64,000 bases of DNA, from assembly GCA_035362275.1 (NCBI GenBank), contig DAOSDI010000001.1:22777-86776 (forward strand), in the 5' to 3' direction. The notes beneath the pieces were generated by a model. That model was not told the origin of the DNA. It saw only the letters and a list, made by a program, of their open reading frames with translations, and did not search any database. Shown here in pieces: positions 39,639 to 48,596 of the stretch. Source of the DNA: Candidatus Pacearchaeota archaeon. Its GTDB lineage: Bacteria > Patescibacteriota > Minisyncoccia > Minisyncoccales > UBA5738. Both the position numbers and the translations under genes were made by a program. Every line of letters starts with the position of its first letter. The first letter of the stretch is position 1.

Positions 39639-40760
39639 ATGGTATACAATCACATAACTTATTCTCTGAGTGAGCTGGATCTAAAAATGGTTCGTAGCGT
39701 GCCGCCTGGAGGAAATTGGAAAAATATACCCGAGGATATACCCTCCGAAAGGTTAAAACAAATTCGCAAAACTGGCGGGCGCACTACCCTGTACGGGAGA
39801 ATGGTATGGGAAAAACCGAGCTATACAATAACGACATATTTTAACAGGCCCGGAAATGGCACATATATCCACCCGGATTTTGACAGAGTTATCACTGCCA
39901 GAGAAGCGGCAAGGCTTCAATCTTTTCCCGATGACTTTATTTTTAAGGGGTCGAAAGGATCTTTTTGTGTTCAAATCGGAAATGCCGTTCCTCCGCTTTT
40001 ATCTTTTTCTTTCGCCGAAAAAATCAAAAAAGAAACCGGAGCAAAGAGATTGGTAGATTTATTTTGCGGTGCAGGTGGATTAAGCAAGGGTTTCGAATGG
40101 GCGGGTTTTGATATTATTGCTGCAAATGACAATTATCATGAAGCTTGCGAAACTTATAAAATCAATCATACACAAACTAAACTTGTCGAAGGCGACATAA
40201 CCGATAAGAAAATTAAAAATGCTTTATATGAGGCTATTGGCGATATTAAAGCTGATATTATCGTTGGGGGGCCGCCATGCCAAGGATTTTCGTATGCAGG
40301 AAAAAGATTTATAGATGATCCGCGCAATTTCTTATTTCGGGAATTTGTTGACGTAGTCAAGAAGGTAAAACCGTCTATTTTTCTTCTGGAAAATGTCGAA
40401 GGAATTATAACTAGCAATGAGGGAAAAACTTTCGAAAGCATCAAGGAGAGTTTTAAGGCATTGGGCTATAAATTAGCAGGAAAAAAAATTCACGCCGTTA
40501 CATACGGGGTTCCACAAAAGAGAAAACGTATTGTTTTGATCGGGGTCAAAAAAGGAAATCCTGAAAGTTTATTCCCTGATCCGGTGATAGAAGATGAAAA
40601 AAAATTTGTTTCAGTTAGAGATGCTATCGGCAACCTGCGAAGCCTACCGATTGGAGATATGATGGCAGATGAAAATCCTAATCCTGAAACAGACTATCAA
40701 AGGATGATGGCCGGATTGATGCACCCTAGAAAATTCATAAAAAATATTCGCGAGAATTAA
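39639..40760 (+). CDS. C5-cytosine DNA methyltransferase, circularly permuted (motifs IX-X before I-IV-VI-VIII)
   Basis: The N-terminal segment ...AREAARLQSFPDDFIFKGS...QIGNAVPPLL (motifs IX/X) precedes DLFCGAGGLS (I), GGPPCQGFS (IV), ENV (VI) and QKRKRIVLIG (VIII). Confidence 0.8.
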   Translation: MVYNHITYSLSELDLKMVRSVPPGGNWKNIPEDIPSERLKQIRKTGGRTTLYGRMVWEKPSYTITTYFNRPGNGTYIHPDFDRVITAREAARLQSFPDDFIFKGSKGSFCVQIGNAVPPLLSFSFAEKIKKETGAKRLVDLFCGAGGLSKGFEWAGFDIIAANDNYHEACETYKINHTQTKLVEGDITDKKIKNALYEAIGDIKADIIVGGPPCQGFSYAGKRFIDDPRNFLFREFVDVVKKVKPSIFLLENVEGIITSNEGKTFESIKESFKALGYKLAGKKIHAVTYGVPQKRKRIVLIGVKKGNPESLFPDPVIEDEKKFVSVRDAIGNLRSLPIGDMMADENPNPETDYQRMMAGLMHPRKFIKNIREN

Positions 40761-42145
40761 GATTGATCAAATTGCGTTTCCGCATCGTTCGCCAGCGAAA
40801 CAAATGCTTCCAAGATTTTTGAATCCGCCCTTTTAATATTTTTGGTTTCCAATACCAAAAGAATTTCACTAATAATTTTATCAATCGTTGGATTGTTCCA
40901 CTTTTTTTGGTTCCTATTTGCCTTATTTTTGTAATCAGCTAATGATTCAAACGCAACGCGGATACATCTGGTTGCATTTTTCTTTTTATTTGCGCTTGAT
41001 AACTCCTTGGGAATAATTTTCCCAGGGCCGGCTTTGGGATCAAATTCTTCAAATTTATAATCCCAAAATGAGTATTCAGGATGCAAAAAACACTTAAGAT
41101 AGTCATCAAAACCAGCCTCGCTAATCATTGAGAAGATGATCAGAATGTGATGAAGATTAGTTCTCATCAATTTGCTGAGCAGGAGAGCATCATCCTCTGT
41201 TTGAACTTTATTCTTTAATCTATCCCAAATTGATTTAGAGTGCCAAGAAATAACAATTTCGCCTGATTTCTCATCAGCTATGAGCTGCTTAACGTCGGAA
41301 AGCGTAATTCTGTTATTCTTTTTACTATTACAGTTTTTGCAAAGTGGATTAAACTTGGGACGATGTGTAAATCCTAGCGATATTGGGCCTATGTGATCTG
41401 CCGTCATTTTTCTTTCCTTGCCGCAATCTGGACATTTCATTAACGGAGCATACCCCTGATATTCGCCCATTAGGCGATTAGACAGATTCCAATTCCCATC
41501 AGCCCAATTCTCATACGCTCTACGATCTTGCGTGTACCGAGAAAGATTAGCTTTTAGCCGCCCTGTGTCTTCCTTGCTTCTGCAGCAACCATTGTAAGTA
41601 TGGAAACCATCAAGCCGATCTGGCGGATTGCTCATTACTCCCGGGCTAAGCCTAGATTGCCGGTTATTTTCAATAAAAGAAAGGATATCTTTATCATCAA
41701 CGTTAGCTGGTATATTAAATATTTTCCTTATTTTTGCATAACTATCCTTTGAGGTTTTATTAAGACGGCCAATTGTCTGACCTATGGTTTCTTGGTATGG
41801 TTTTAGCTTTAATTTTGAAAAAGCAGAATTAATCTTTTTAAGCGTATTTTTATTTGGATAAACATAGAAAATGCTTAATTTTTTTCCACAAATTTGGCAC
41901 GGTTTAAAACCGTGAAGTTCTTTCGGGTGTATGGCACGCGCAACGTCCGCTCGGTCATTAACGCCTAGTTCTTTTATCTTGCTATCCCACCATTTTGCAC
42001 GTTGCTTATCTGACGGAGAAACCCATTTAATCTTTCCGTTGCCGTTAAACTTATTCGGCATTGAGGCATAGTTTGGATGAGAAACTATTATCTTCATGTA
42101 GCCGGCAAATTTCCGATCCCAAGTCCGTTTAATTCTTTTAGCCAT
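40757..42145 (-). CDS. putative type IIS-like restriction endonuclease with an HNH-type active site
   Basis: Convergent with the two methyltransferases. CPDCGKERKMTADHIGPISLGF...NPLCKNCNSKKNN resembles the HNH motif (C-x2-C...DH...N...C-x2-C). Confidence 0.5.
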   Translation of the reverse strand: MAKRIKRTWDRKFAGYMKIIVSHPNYASMPNKFNGNGKIKWVSPSDKQRAKWWDSKIKELGVNDRADVARAIHPKELHGFKPCQICGKKLSIFYVYPNKNTLKKINSAFSKLKLKPYQETIGQTIGRLNKTSKDSYAKIRKIFNIPANVDDKDILSFIENNRQSRLSPGVMSNPPDRLDGFHTYNGCCRSKEDTGRLKANLSRYTQDRRAYENWADGNWNLSNRLMGEYQGYAPLMKCPDCGKERKMTADHIGPISLGFTHRPKFNPLCKNCNSKKNNRITLSDVKQLIADEKSGEIVISWHSKSIWDRLKNKVQTEDDALLLSKLMRTNLHHILIIFSMISEAGFDDYLKCFLHPEYSFWDYKFEEFDPKAGPGKIIPKELSSANKKKNATRCIRVAFESLADYKNKANRNQKKWNNPTIDKIISEILLVLETKNIKRADSKILEAFVSLANDAETQFDQS

Positions 42146-42148
42146 ATC

Positions 42149-42379
42149 TTATTCGATAAAAAAACTTAGATCCTTTTTATAAACCTTTGCAAAATCTTTG
42201 AGCTGAATTATATCAATCTTTCTTTGACCAGCTTCAATTTTCGAAACGTAAGATTGAGATTTCCCAATCAATTTTGCAACTTCGGCTTGGTCTAGATCGG
42301 CCTGAGCACGAGCTTGTTTCAACCTCCCTATTATTAATAAGTGATCTTTTGAATAAATAGTTTTCCCCATATTTAGCAT
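42149..42379 (-). CDS. XRE-family HTH controller (C-) protein upstream of the endonuclease gene
   Basis: LKQARAQADLDQAEVAKLIGKSQSYVSKIEAG HTH_3 motif. 76 aa. Sits immediately upstream of, and co-oriented with, the REase. Confidence 0.65.
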   Translation of the reverse strand: MLNMGKTIYSKDHLLIIGRLKQARAQADLDQAEVAKLIGKSQSYVSKIEAGQRKIDIIQLKDFAKVYKKDLSFFIE

Positions 42380-42394
42380 TTGTTATATATATGA

Positions 42395-42430
42395 TATATT
42401 CCATATTGTAATATTCCAAAATGGAATATA
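42395..42430. promoter_or_regulatory. putative C-box-like operator upstream of the controller gene
   Basis: Palindrome atattccaaaatggaatat plus an additional atattcca half-site, within about 50 bp upstream of the C gene. Confidence 0.4.
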
Positions 42431-42469
42431 GATATGCTTTTATACTTTATTTGACTATCATTACATTTA

Positions 42470-42503
42470 TAAAAAAGCGAAGCCTGCTGGCTTCGATTTA
42501 TAT
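42470..42503 (-). terminator. intrinsic-terminator-like hairpin (same motif as 33954-33985)
   Basis: Minus strand reads atcgaagccagcaggcttcg followed by ctttttt. Confidence 0.5.
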
Positions 42504-42936
42504 ATTTTAAATGCAAAATTATCCCCTTTTACCCCCCCACCTTGCGGCCAAAATGCGTTGGCCTGAGCCCAATTCGAGCCCGGCTGCCCCTTTGCGGGCG
42601 GAGTTTTTTGGCGCGCAAAAATGTTATGTTTAAATATAACATAAATATAACATTTTTATTTTCTTGAATAACCACATTCAACCTTGAAGCGCAGTCTTTG
42701 TCCGCAACACTTACTTTTTGAGATCAGGTAAACGAGCGAACAATTGACTAAAAGCAAATAATCCGATATAATAGCAATATGTTAATTATGATAATGTCAA
42801 ATTCGCGAGAGCCCATTGCGCAAACTGCTTGCGGGCCTTTTGTATTGTCATAATTTTTTTCATTTGGAATAAAATAATTTTGGCAATACGCCCCGCAAGC
42901 GGGGTTTTTGTTTTGCGTAAAATTAATTATTCTACT

Positions 42937-43352
42937 ATGAAATCCAAAAACAACTCGATTTTTCATCTAACGAGGCATCGTTCAGATGTCTCAATTGCCA
43001 TGAAATCATCTCAAACCAAGCATGGGGCACCAGCCATCGCAACCACTGCCCATTATGTCTTTGGTGCAAACATGTAGACTTGAAAACTCCGGGAGACCGG
43101 CGTTCCGAGTGCCAGGCAAGAATGAAACCGATTGGTTTAACAACAAAGACTAAGGGAGAATTAGCTATCGTTCACGAGTGTTTGAAATGCGGCAGATTAT
43201 CTTCAAATCGCATCGCCGGAGACGACGATCCGTATTCAATACTCTCCTTGCTTGATTTGCCGGTCCAAAACCGAAGAATTCCGATGCTGGCTCTGGAAGA
43301 CCGGGAGCAAGTATTAACAGCTTTGTTCGGTTATAATCATCCGGATATATAA
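42937..43352 (+). pseudogene. RNHCP-domain protein, reading frame broken at an A5 tract (42946-42950)
   Basis: Frame 0 encodes ...RCLNCHEIISNQAWGTSHRNHCPLCLWCKHVDLKTPGDRRSECQARMKPIG...DDD (RNHCP motif) but has no start. The only ATG (42937) is in frame 1 and reads MKSK. A6 instead of A5 gives the continuous protein MKSKKQLDFSSNEASFRCLNCHE... Confidence 0.55.
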
Positions 43353-43439
43353 CCAAGAAAAACCCACGAAAGTGGGTTTTTCTTTTGTTTTTTTTAAATC
43401 CAATTACCGCCGAGAATCGGTCGCCTGATTTAGCATAGG

Positions 43440-43640
43440 CATGCTGGCCGTCTGGGACGAAGTTGGTCGCGTAAAACTCGCTATGCTTGCCACGCGACTC
43501 GCGTAAAATATTACTTGAATTATATGAAATAAGTACTTCAAATGCCCGGCTGTTAAGCCGCGTGATGAGGAGTATGGCGACGAATTTTACGCGGCTACGG
43601 GCATTATGTAGCGTTAGAACCGCTATTCAACTAGACAATA
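43440..43640. repeat. GC-rich repeat element, copy 1 (segment A ggccgtctgggacgaagttgg ... segment B gttaagccgcgtgatgaggagtatggcgacgaattttacgcggct)
   Basis: The 45-nt segment B is identical, and the 21-nt segment A near-identical, to 48481-48545, where the two are adjacent in the opposite order (B then A). Confidence 0.75.
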
Positions 43641-43875
43641 ACACAAATAAATTTTATAAAATAAAGGCGGTTTGATATTATCTCACCGCAACGAATTGAT
43701 ATATTGGCTTTAAAGTCGTGTTGGTAGCTTGTCCCACCAATTGCATCCGGCTTGTGGCACAGAAGTATAACCCCAGTAGGTATCATTACCTTCAGCTGGA
43801 ACGGCAGGAATAAGCCAGCCGATTTGGTCACCTTCACCTTTTTTCATCATTTTTCCTGACACCATTTTTCTTACA

Positions 43876-45852
43876 TTATGACTGTTTCACCAATTCCATG
43901 TGGATTTTTTTTGCTTCCGGATCGGTTAATCCAACATACGAAATCCTAATAGTATATTTGATTTTATCTCCAGTACCAAAAGAATCTTTTATCTGTATGC
44001 TCCAAATTTTATCATTGCCGATCCTGTTCTTTATCGATTGAATATACTCATCCGGATTATCGTTAATTCCCAGTTCCACATTAATATCCAAAGGTACAAG
44101 TTTATTAGATAGCTCAACCACCGGATTCACCCCCCCGCCTTTTATCCCCAAAAGTTCATCAACATTTATTTCTGCGAAATAAGCATTCTTCGACGCAATA
44201 ACTTCCGGTTTTAATTTATAAATGACCCCGCATTTCTTCCCATTAACTTCAATCATCCAACAATTATGTCGGTTACTCACTTCCGGAATAATTTCCGGCT
44301 GCCTGTAAATTATATCCGTACGGCCCAACATCCGCACCACCCTCTCAACACTTGATTTAAATGAATCTAAAACCTTCCCATCACCGCAAACAAATAATCC
44401 TAAGCTTTCAAATTCGTGGAATCCTCCGTTGCTTTTACCAAAAACCTTCCCAATCTCAAATAAATTAATAATTTCGATATTCTTTTTTAAATACTCGCGC
44501 GCTTGCCGTAAAAGCCCGTTCAATAATGTCTGCCTCAATTCCGGATGATTCTCGTTTATGGCGTTCTCTGTTTCAATTGCTTCCCATGGTAAATAATTTG
44601 CTTTTTTGCTTTCGCCTCTTTCTGTTAACGGCAATGATAATATCTCGTCAAAACCGCAAGAACTCAAAATTTCCTGGATTTTTTGCGAAGCCAAAATACG
44701 TTTTGGCGTAATATCCGGGACAACTTCAAACAACGGCGGTTTATTAACGGGAATTTTATTGTATCCGTAAATCCTGATTACTTCTTCGTACAAATCCTGC
44801 GGATATGACAAATCGGTCCTATATGAAGGACAAACTACCGAATGAATATTATTTTCGCCGGTTTCTTCAACTTCAAATTCAAGCCTCTTCAATATATCCA
44901 ATCCAACCACAGGTGCAATTTCTATGCCTGCGTAAATTGTTGGCATCGTCACGTCAAACTTAATTGACTTGTTTACCTTTTTTATTGGATAATATTCGAA
45001 AATTTGCGAAACTAATTCGCCGCCACAAATATCTTTCAGCATACCTATCATCAAATCCATTGCGAATTCGGCTCCTTCCGTATCAAGATCTTTCTCCAAA
45101 CGATTACTTGCTTCGGTTGTAAGCTTTGTACTTCGCGAATCGCGCCTTATAGCCGCACCATTATAAACGGCCATCTCCGCTACAATATCGGTTGTATTTA
45201 AATCAATGGCCGCCGCCTGCCCTCCAATAATACCTGCCAGCGCTAAAATTTTCTCATCATCCCTGATTACCAATTCATTCTTCTGCAGTAGCTCAATTGC
45301 TGAACCATCCAAAGTGGTAATTTTTTCATTTTTCCGAGCATTTGACCATCTCAAAGTTCCATTCAATTTTTTGTTATCCAGCAAATGCGAAGGATAACCT
45401 GTAAAAATCATTATGTAATTTGAAATATCAACAAGCGCATTCTTGCTATTTATATCGTAAACTTCCAGAAATTCCTGAAGCCATTGCGGCGATTGCTGGT
45501 TTCTAACTCCTGACATCCGCAAGGCAATAATTCTTTTAATCCCGTTATTTTTTGCCTCAATTTTGATCGGTAAAACCGGCAATCCCTGCCTACCTTCAAC
45601 TTTTCTCCCGGATAAAATCATCTTTAACCCATAATAAGCAGCTACTTCCCGCGCAATTCCCAAAACTGAAAAACAATCCGCCCGATTTTGCCGTATTTCA
45701 AAACTTAAAAGATAATCTCTTTTGCCCTGATATTCTATTTCTTTAAAATCATCCATCATAAAACCGCAAAATGTCATCGCTTCGCCGATTTCTTTTGGTT
45801 TTGCTTTTAATCCCGGAATCAATTGTAATAATTGGCTATAAATTACTTTCAT
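43876..45852 (-). CDS. pheT: phenylalanyl-tRNA synthetase beta subunit
   Basis: B3/B4-like region ...SFEIRQNRADCFSVLGIAREVAAYYGL. Immediately downstream of, and overlapping, pheS. 658 aa. Confidence 0.75.
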   Translation of the reverse strand: MKVIYSQLLQLIPGLKAKPKEIGEAMTFCGFMMDDFKEIEYQGKRDYLLSFEIRQNRADCFSVLGIAREVAAYYGLKMILSGRKVEGRQGLPVLPIKIEAKNNGIKRIIALRMSGVRNQQSPQWLQEFLEVYDINSKNALVDISNYIMIFTGYPSHLLDNKKLNGTLRWSNARKNEKITTLDGSAIELLQKNELVIRDDEKILALAGIIGGQAAAIDLNTTDIVAEMAVYNGAAIRRDSRSTKLTTEASNRLEKDLDTEGAEFAMDLMIGMLKDICGGELVSQIFEYYPIKKVNKSIKFDVTMPTIYAGIEIAPVVGLDILKRLEFEVEETGENNIHSVVCPSYRTDLSYPQDLYEEVIRIYGYNKIPVNKPPLFEVVPDITPKRILASQKIQEILSSCGFDEILSLPLTERGESKKANYLPWEAIETENAINENHPELRQTLLNGLLRQAREYLKKNIEIINLFEIGKVFGKSNGGFHEFESLGLFVCGDGKVLDSFKSSVERVVRMLGRTDIIYRQPEIIPEVSNRHNCWMIEVNGKKCGVIYKLKPEVIASKNAYFAEINVDELLGIKGGGVNPVVELSNKLVPLDINVELGINDNPDEYIQSIKNRIGNDKIWSIQIKDSFGTGDKIKYTIRISYVGLTDPEAKKIHMELVKQS

Positions 45853-46870
45853 ATTCGTAATATTTGTAACCTAGATTGCCCCCTAAGAGAGTTCTGATAT
45901 CGGTAATATTGTATTTGGCCATCACCCATCTGTCCAAACCCAGCCCAAACGCAAATCCCATCCACTTGCCATTGTCGATTCCTGCCATTTCCATCACGCG
46001 CGGATGGATTATTCCTGCACCGCCCATCTCAATCCAGCCAATCCCTTTGCACAATGGGCATCCCCTGCCTTTGCAATTAAAACACTGCATATCCGGCCCA
46101 ACTCCCGGTTCAACCTCCGGATAGTATTTATTTCTGTACCTAGTCACCACGTCCCTGCCATACATCTTCTCGAAAATCATGTTCAAGGTACCGAATAAAT
46201 CTTTCAAGCTTAATCTTTCCAATACTGCGACTCCCTGATAATGATGAAAAATGAAATGATTGCTTTTGTTTACTTTTTCATTCCTGTAAACCCTGCCTGG
46301 TGAAACAATCTTAAAGGGCGGTTTATAATTTGCTAACGTTCTTGATTCGATTGAGGACGTCTGGGTTCTCAGCAAAATATTCGGTTCTTTAATATATATT
46401 GTATCCTGCATTCCCCGGGCCGGATGATCGTCCGGCACATTCAATCTTTTGAAGCAATATTCGTCTTCCTCAATCTCCCGTCCATCCATTATGCTGTAAC
46501 CCATCGACGTAAAAATCGCATTCATCTCATTGATTGTGTTGGTAATCGGATGCAAATGGCCGATCTTGGGAATTTTATATTCAAACCGTTCCGCGTCCTG
46601 GACCAATATCTTTTCCTGTACCGCCTGGCCGTTTTTGGAAAACCGAGCCTCCGCCTCTTGCACCCGACATTCAATGTCCCGAACATAGGCGTTTATTTCC
46701 TGCCCTATCCTTTTTCTTTCCTCCGACTCAAGATCCTTCATCTGGCTGAATATGCCGCTAATTTTTCCCTTCTTGCCTAAATATTGCGCCGAAAAAGCCT
46801 TCAGATCCTGAAGGCCGTTAATCTTATTTAGATCGGCTTCAACTTCCTGTTTTAATTCCGATAAATTCAT
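45836..46870 (-). CDS. pheS: phenylalanyl-tRNA synthetase alpha subunit, with a Cys-rich insertion
   Basis: Class II motif 2 (GRVYRNE) and motif 3 (GFAFGLGLDRWVMAKYNITDIRTL). Extra CFNCKGRGCPLCKG zinc-knuckle-like insert. Confidence 0.85.
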   Translation of the reverse strand: MNLSELKQEVEADLNKINGLQDLKAFSAQYLGKKGKISGIFSQMKDLESEERKRIGQEINAYVRDIECRVQEAEARFSKNGQAVQEKILVQDAERFEYKIPKIGHLHPITNTINEMNAIFTSMGYSIMDGREIEEDEYCFKRLNVPDDHPARGMQDTIYIKEPNILLRTQTSSIESRTLANYKPPFKIVSPGRVYRNEKVNKSNHFIFHHYQGVAVLERLSLKDLFGTLNMIFEKMYGRDVVTRYRNKYYPEVEPGVGPDMQCFNCKGRGCPLCKGIGWIEMGGAGIIHPRVMEMAGIDNGKWMGFAFGLGLDRWVMAKYNITDIRTLLGGNLGYKYYEYESNL

Positions 46871-47009
46871 AAATCAAAATCAACAAAAAATAATATCAGA
46901 TACAGCGAGTCCGGCATTAATTCTACCCGATTTAAGCAAATAATCAAGATTGACTGACCGCAAACTGACTCAAACGCCCAATAATTATGGGCCGGCTTCT
47001 TTTTGGATA

Positions 47010-48152
47010 TCAAATCTTTGAGTTTATTTCATTGATTGCAGATTCTCCAAGGTCTGCGAGCAATTCAAGGCAATGGAAATAACGATCTTCCAGTGAAAAC
47101 CCGTTTGTAAATCCTAGTTTTGAATCCAGATATTCAAGGCTCAACCCCTCATTCCTTAATTCTAAATATTTTTTAAAACTAACAGAAACAAGAACCTTGG
47201 CCAACATCAAATCATTCTCCGTAAGATTTGACGAATTCAGATAAAGCTCAGTAAGTCTTTGGACATAAGTCGCAATGCCTTTTTCCCAGGAATAGACCAA
47301 ACTTGAAAAAGATTTTGGCAAAAAATCGATGTTGTCATTTGCTCTCAAATCACCTTGTTCAAAAAAATATACGCGCTTTACTTCATTAACATCGGGATTC
47401 TTGATAAGAAAAGCCAAAGTTTCAAAATATTCATCCGGTGTTACATTTGAAAACGCCGCCGCATTTGTTTTGATCATCGTCAATGCTTCGACAAAAGTGT
47501 TAGCCGAAAAATAACTTTTTACGCTTGCTATGCTGGCTTGTCGGCCAATTAAAGTACTTATAAGTGCGGAATCTTCATCTTCTATAGTATTTTGCTGTTT
47601 TTCTGTTGCTTTTGCGCCAGTTTCTGCAAACGATTTTCCTACAAAATTTAGAACGATATAAGTTGCCTCCAATAAGGGCAGATTATCTTGCTGATGACAT
47701 TCTTTATCCCCATTTTTAAAATTATAAATGAATTCAACGGCATCTTTGACTTTTTTTGAAACCGATCCTTCATTCATAAAAAAATTGTAACTTTTTTGCC
47801 GGTTAGCGGTCATTCCATTGCGCAAATAGTAATAATGGATAAGGGGTGTGAGACCAAAATATATCGCTACTTCTTTTATTGATGCAGATGTGGTCTCGTT
47901 GGCGGGGTCAAAAACATTTAGCAGTCGGTAAAAATTTTCCTTAAGCCATCCAATACCGCCAGCCCGATAAAGAAAATCATGCCCAGGGATTGATCTTTCC
48001 TGGTAAGTCAGCCGTCCCGATAAAGTTTCGGAATTATTAAACATATTTGAAGCAAGAATATGATTTGGACATATTCTTTTCATGTAATCAAGTCGATTTA
48101 AAAGTGTGCCGTGAAAACCAATGTTAATTTTTTTCGAGGCACCATTTTCCAT
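47010..48152 (-). CDS. C-terminal part of a putative 475-aa nucleotidyltransferase-domain protein (frame broken at the T7/A7 tract 48128-48134)
   Basis: 380-aa ORF with no recognisable motif. An 8-A tract would fuse it in frame to the upstream 111-aa NTase-domain ORF. Confidence 0.4.
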   Translation of the reverse strand: MENGASKKINIGFHGTLLNRLDYMKRICPNHILASNMFNNSETLSGRLTYQERSIPGHDFLYRAGGIGWLKENFYRLLNVFDPANETTSASIKEVAIYFGLTPLIHYYYLRNGMTANRQKSYNFFMNEGSVSKKVKDAVEFIYNFKNGDKECHQQDNLPLLEATYIVLNFVGKSFAETGAKATEKQQNTIEDEDSALISTLIGRQASIASVKSYFSANTFVEALTMIKTNAAAFSNVTPDEYFETLAFLIKNPDVNEVKRVYFFEQGDLRANDNIDFLPKSFSSLVYSWEKGIATYVQRLTELYLNSSNLTENDLMLAKVLVSVSFKKYLELRNEGLSLEYLDSKLGFTNGFSLEDRYFHCLELLADLGESAINEINSKI

Positions 48153-48433
48153 GGCTTGTCCTTAATGCAATAATCAATTGCAGTATCCTTATTCTCTAAA
48201 CTTTCTGCTATTTTTCGAAATATTTCTTTAATCGCATCAAGATCTTTTTTGTTTAAAAAACTTTTATTTACATAAAAATGAATGTCGAAGTCCTGGTATT
48301 CTTTATTTTTAAAATTTTGGTTGTTCGCGGAACTTCCAATACAAAAAACCGCCTCGAGGCTTGGAATGTATTTTTTTAACGCCCATCCTTCCTCTGCAAA
48401 TCGGTGTTTAACGGACGAAATTATTTTTTCCAT
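48098..48433 (-). CDS. nucleotidyltransferase (Pol-beta superfamily) domain, N-terminal part of the same putative gene
   Basis: FCIGSSANNQNFKNKEYQDFDIHFYV matches the GS-x(9-14)-DxD NTase signature. Confidence 0.55.
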   Translation of the reverse strand: MEKIISSVKHRFAEEGWALKKYIPSLEAVFCIGSSANNQNFKNKEYQDFDIHFYVNKSFLNKKDLDAIKEIFRKIAESLENKDTAIDYCIKDKPWKMVPRKKLTLVFTAHF

Positions 48434-48476
48434 ACAATTTATTTATCAATTTAAAAAAAGAAACTGCTATGCGCTC

Positions 48477-48545
48477 CATGTTAAGCCGCGTGATGAGGAG
48501 TATGGCGACGAATTTTACGCGGCTGGCCGTCCGGGACGAAGTTGG
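48477..48545. repeat. GC-rich repeat element, copy 2 (B-A order)
   Basis: gttaagccgcgtgatgaggagtatggcgacgaattttacgcggct followed directly by ggccgtccgggacgaagttgg. Folds as two hairpins (agccgcgu/acgcggcu; gccgu/acggc). Confidence 0.75.
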
Positions 48546-48596
48546 AACGGCACTGCTATTGCAATTTTGAATTAAAATAAAAAAAGCTCCATTAAT

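Noticed and set aside
43487-43675. 62-aa ORF, and a similar 30-aa ORF at 48479, sharing the peptide LSRVMRSMATNFTRL
   Set aside because: The shared peptide follows automatically from the 45-nt identical DNA segment. The GC-rich hairpin structure suggests an RNA or repeat element, not a conserved peptide.
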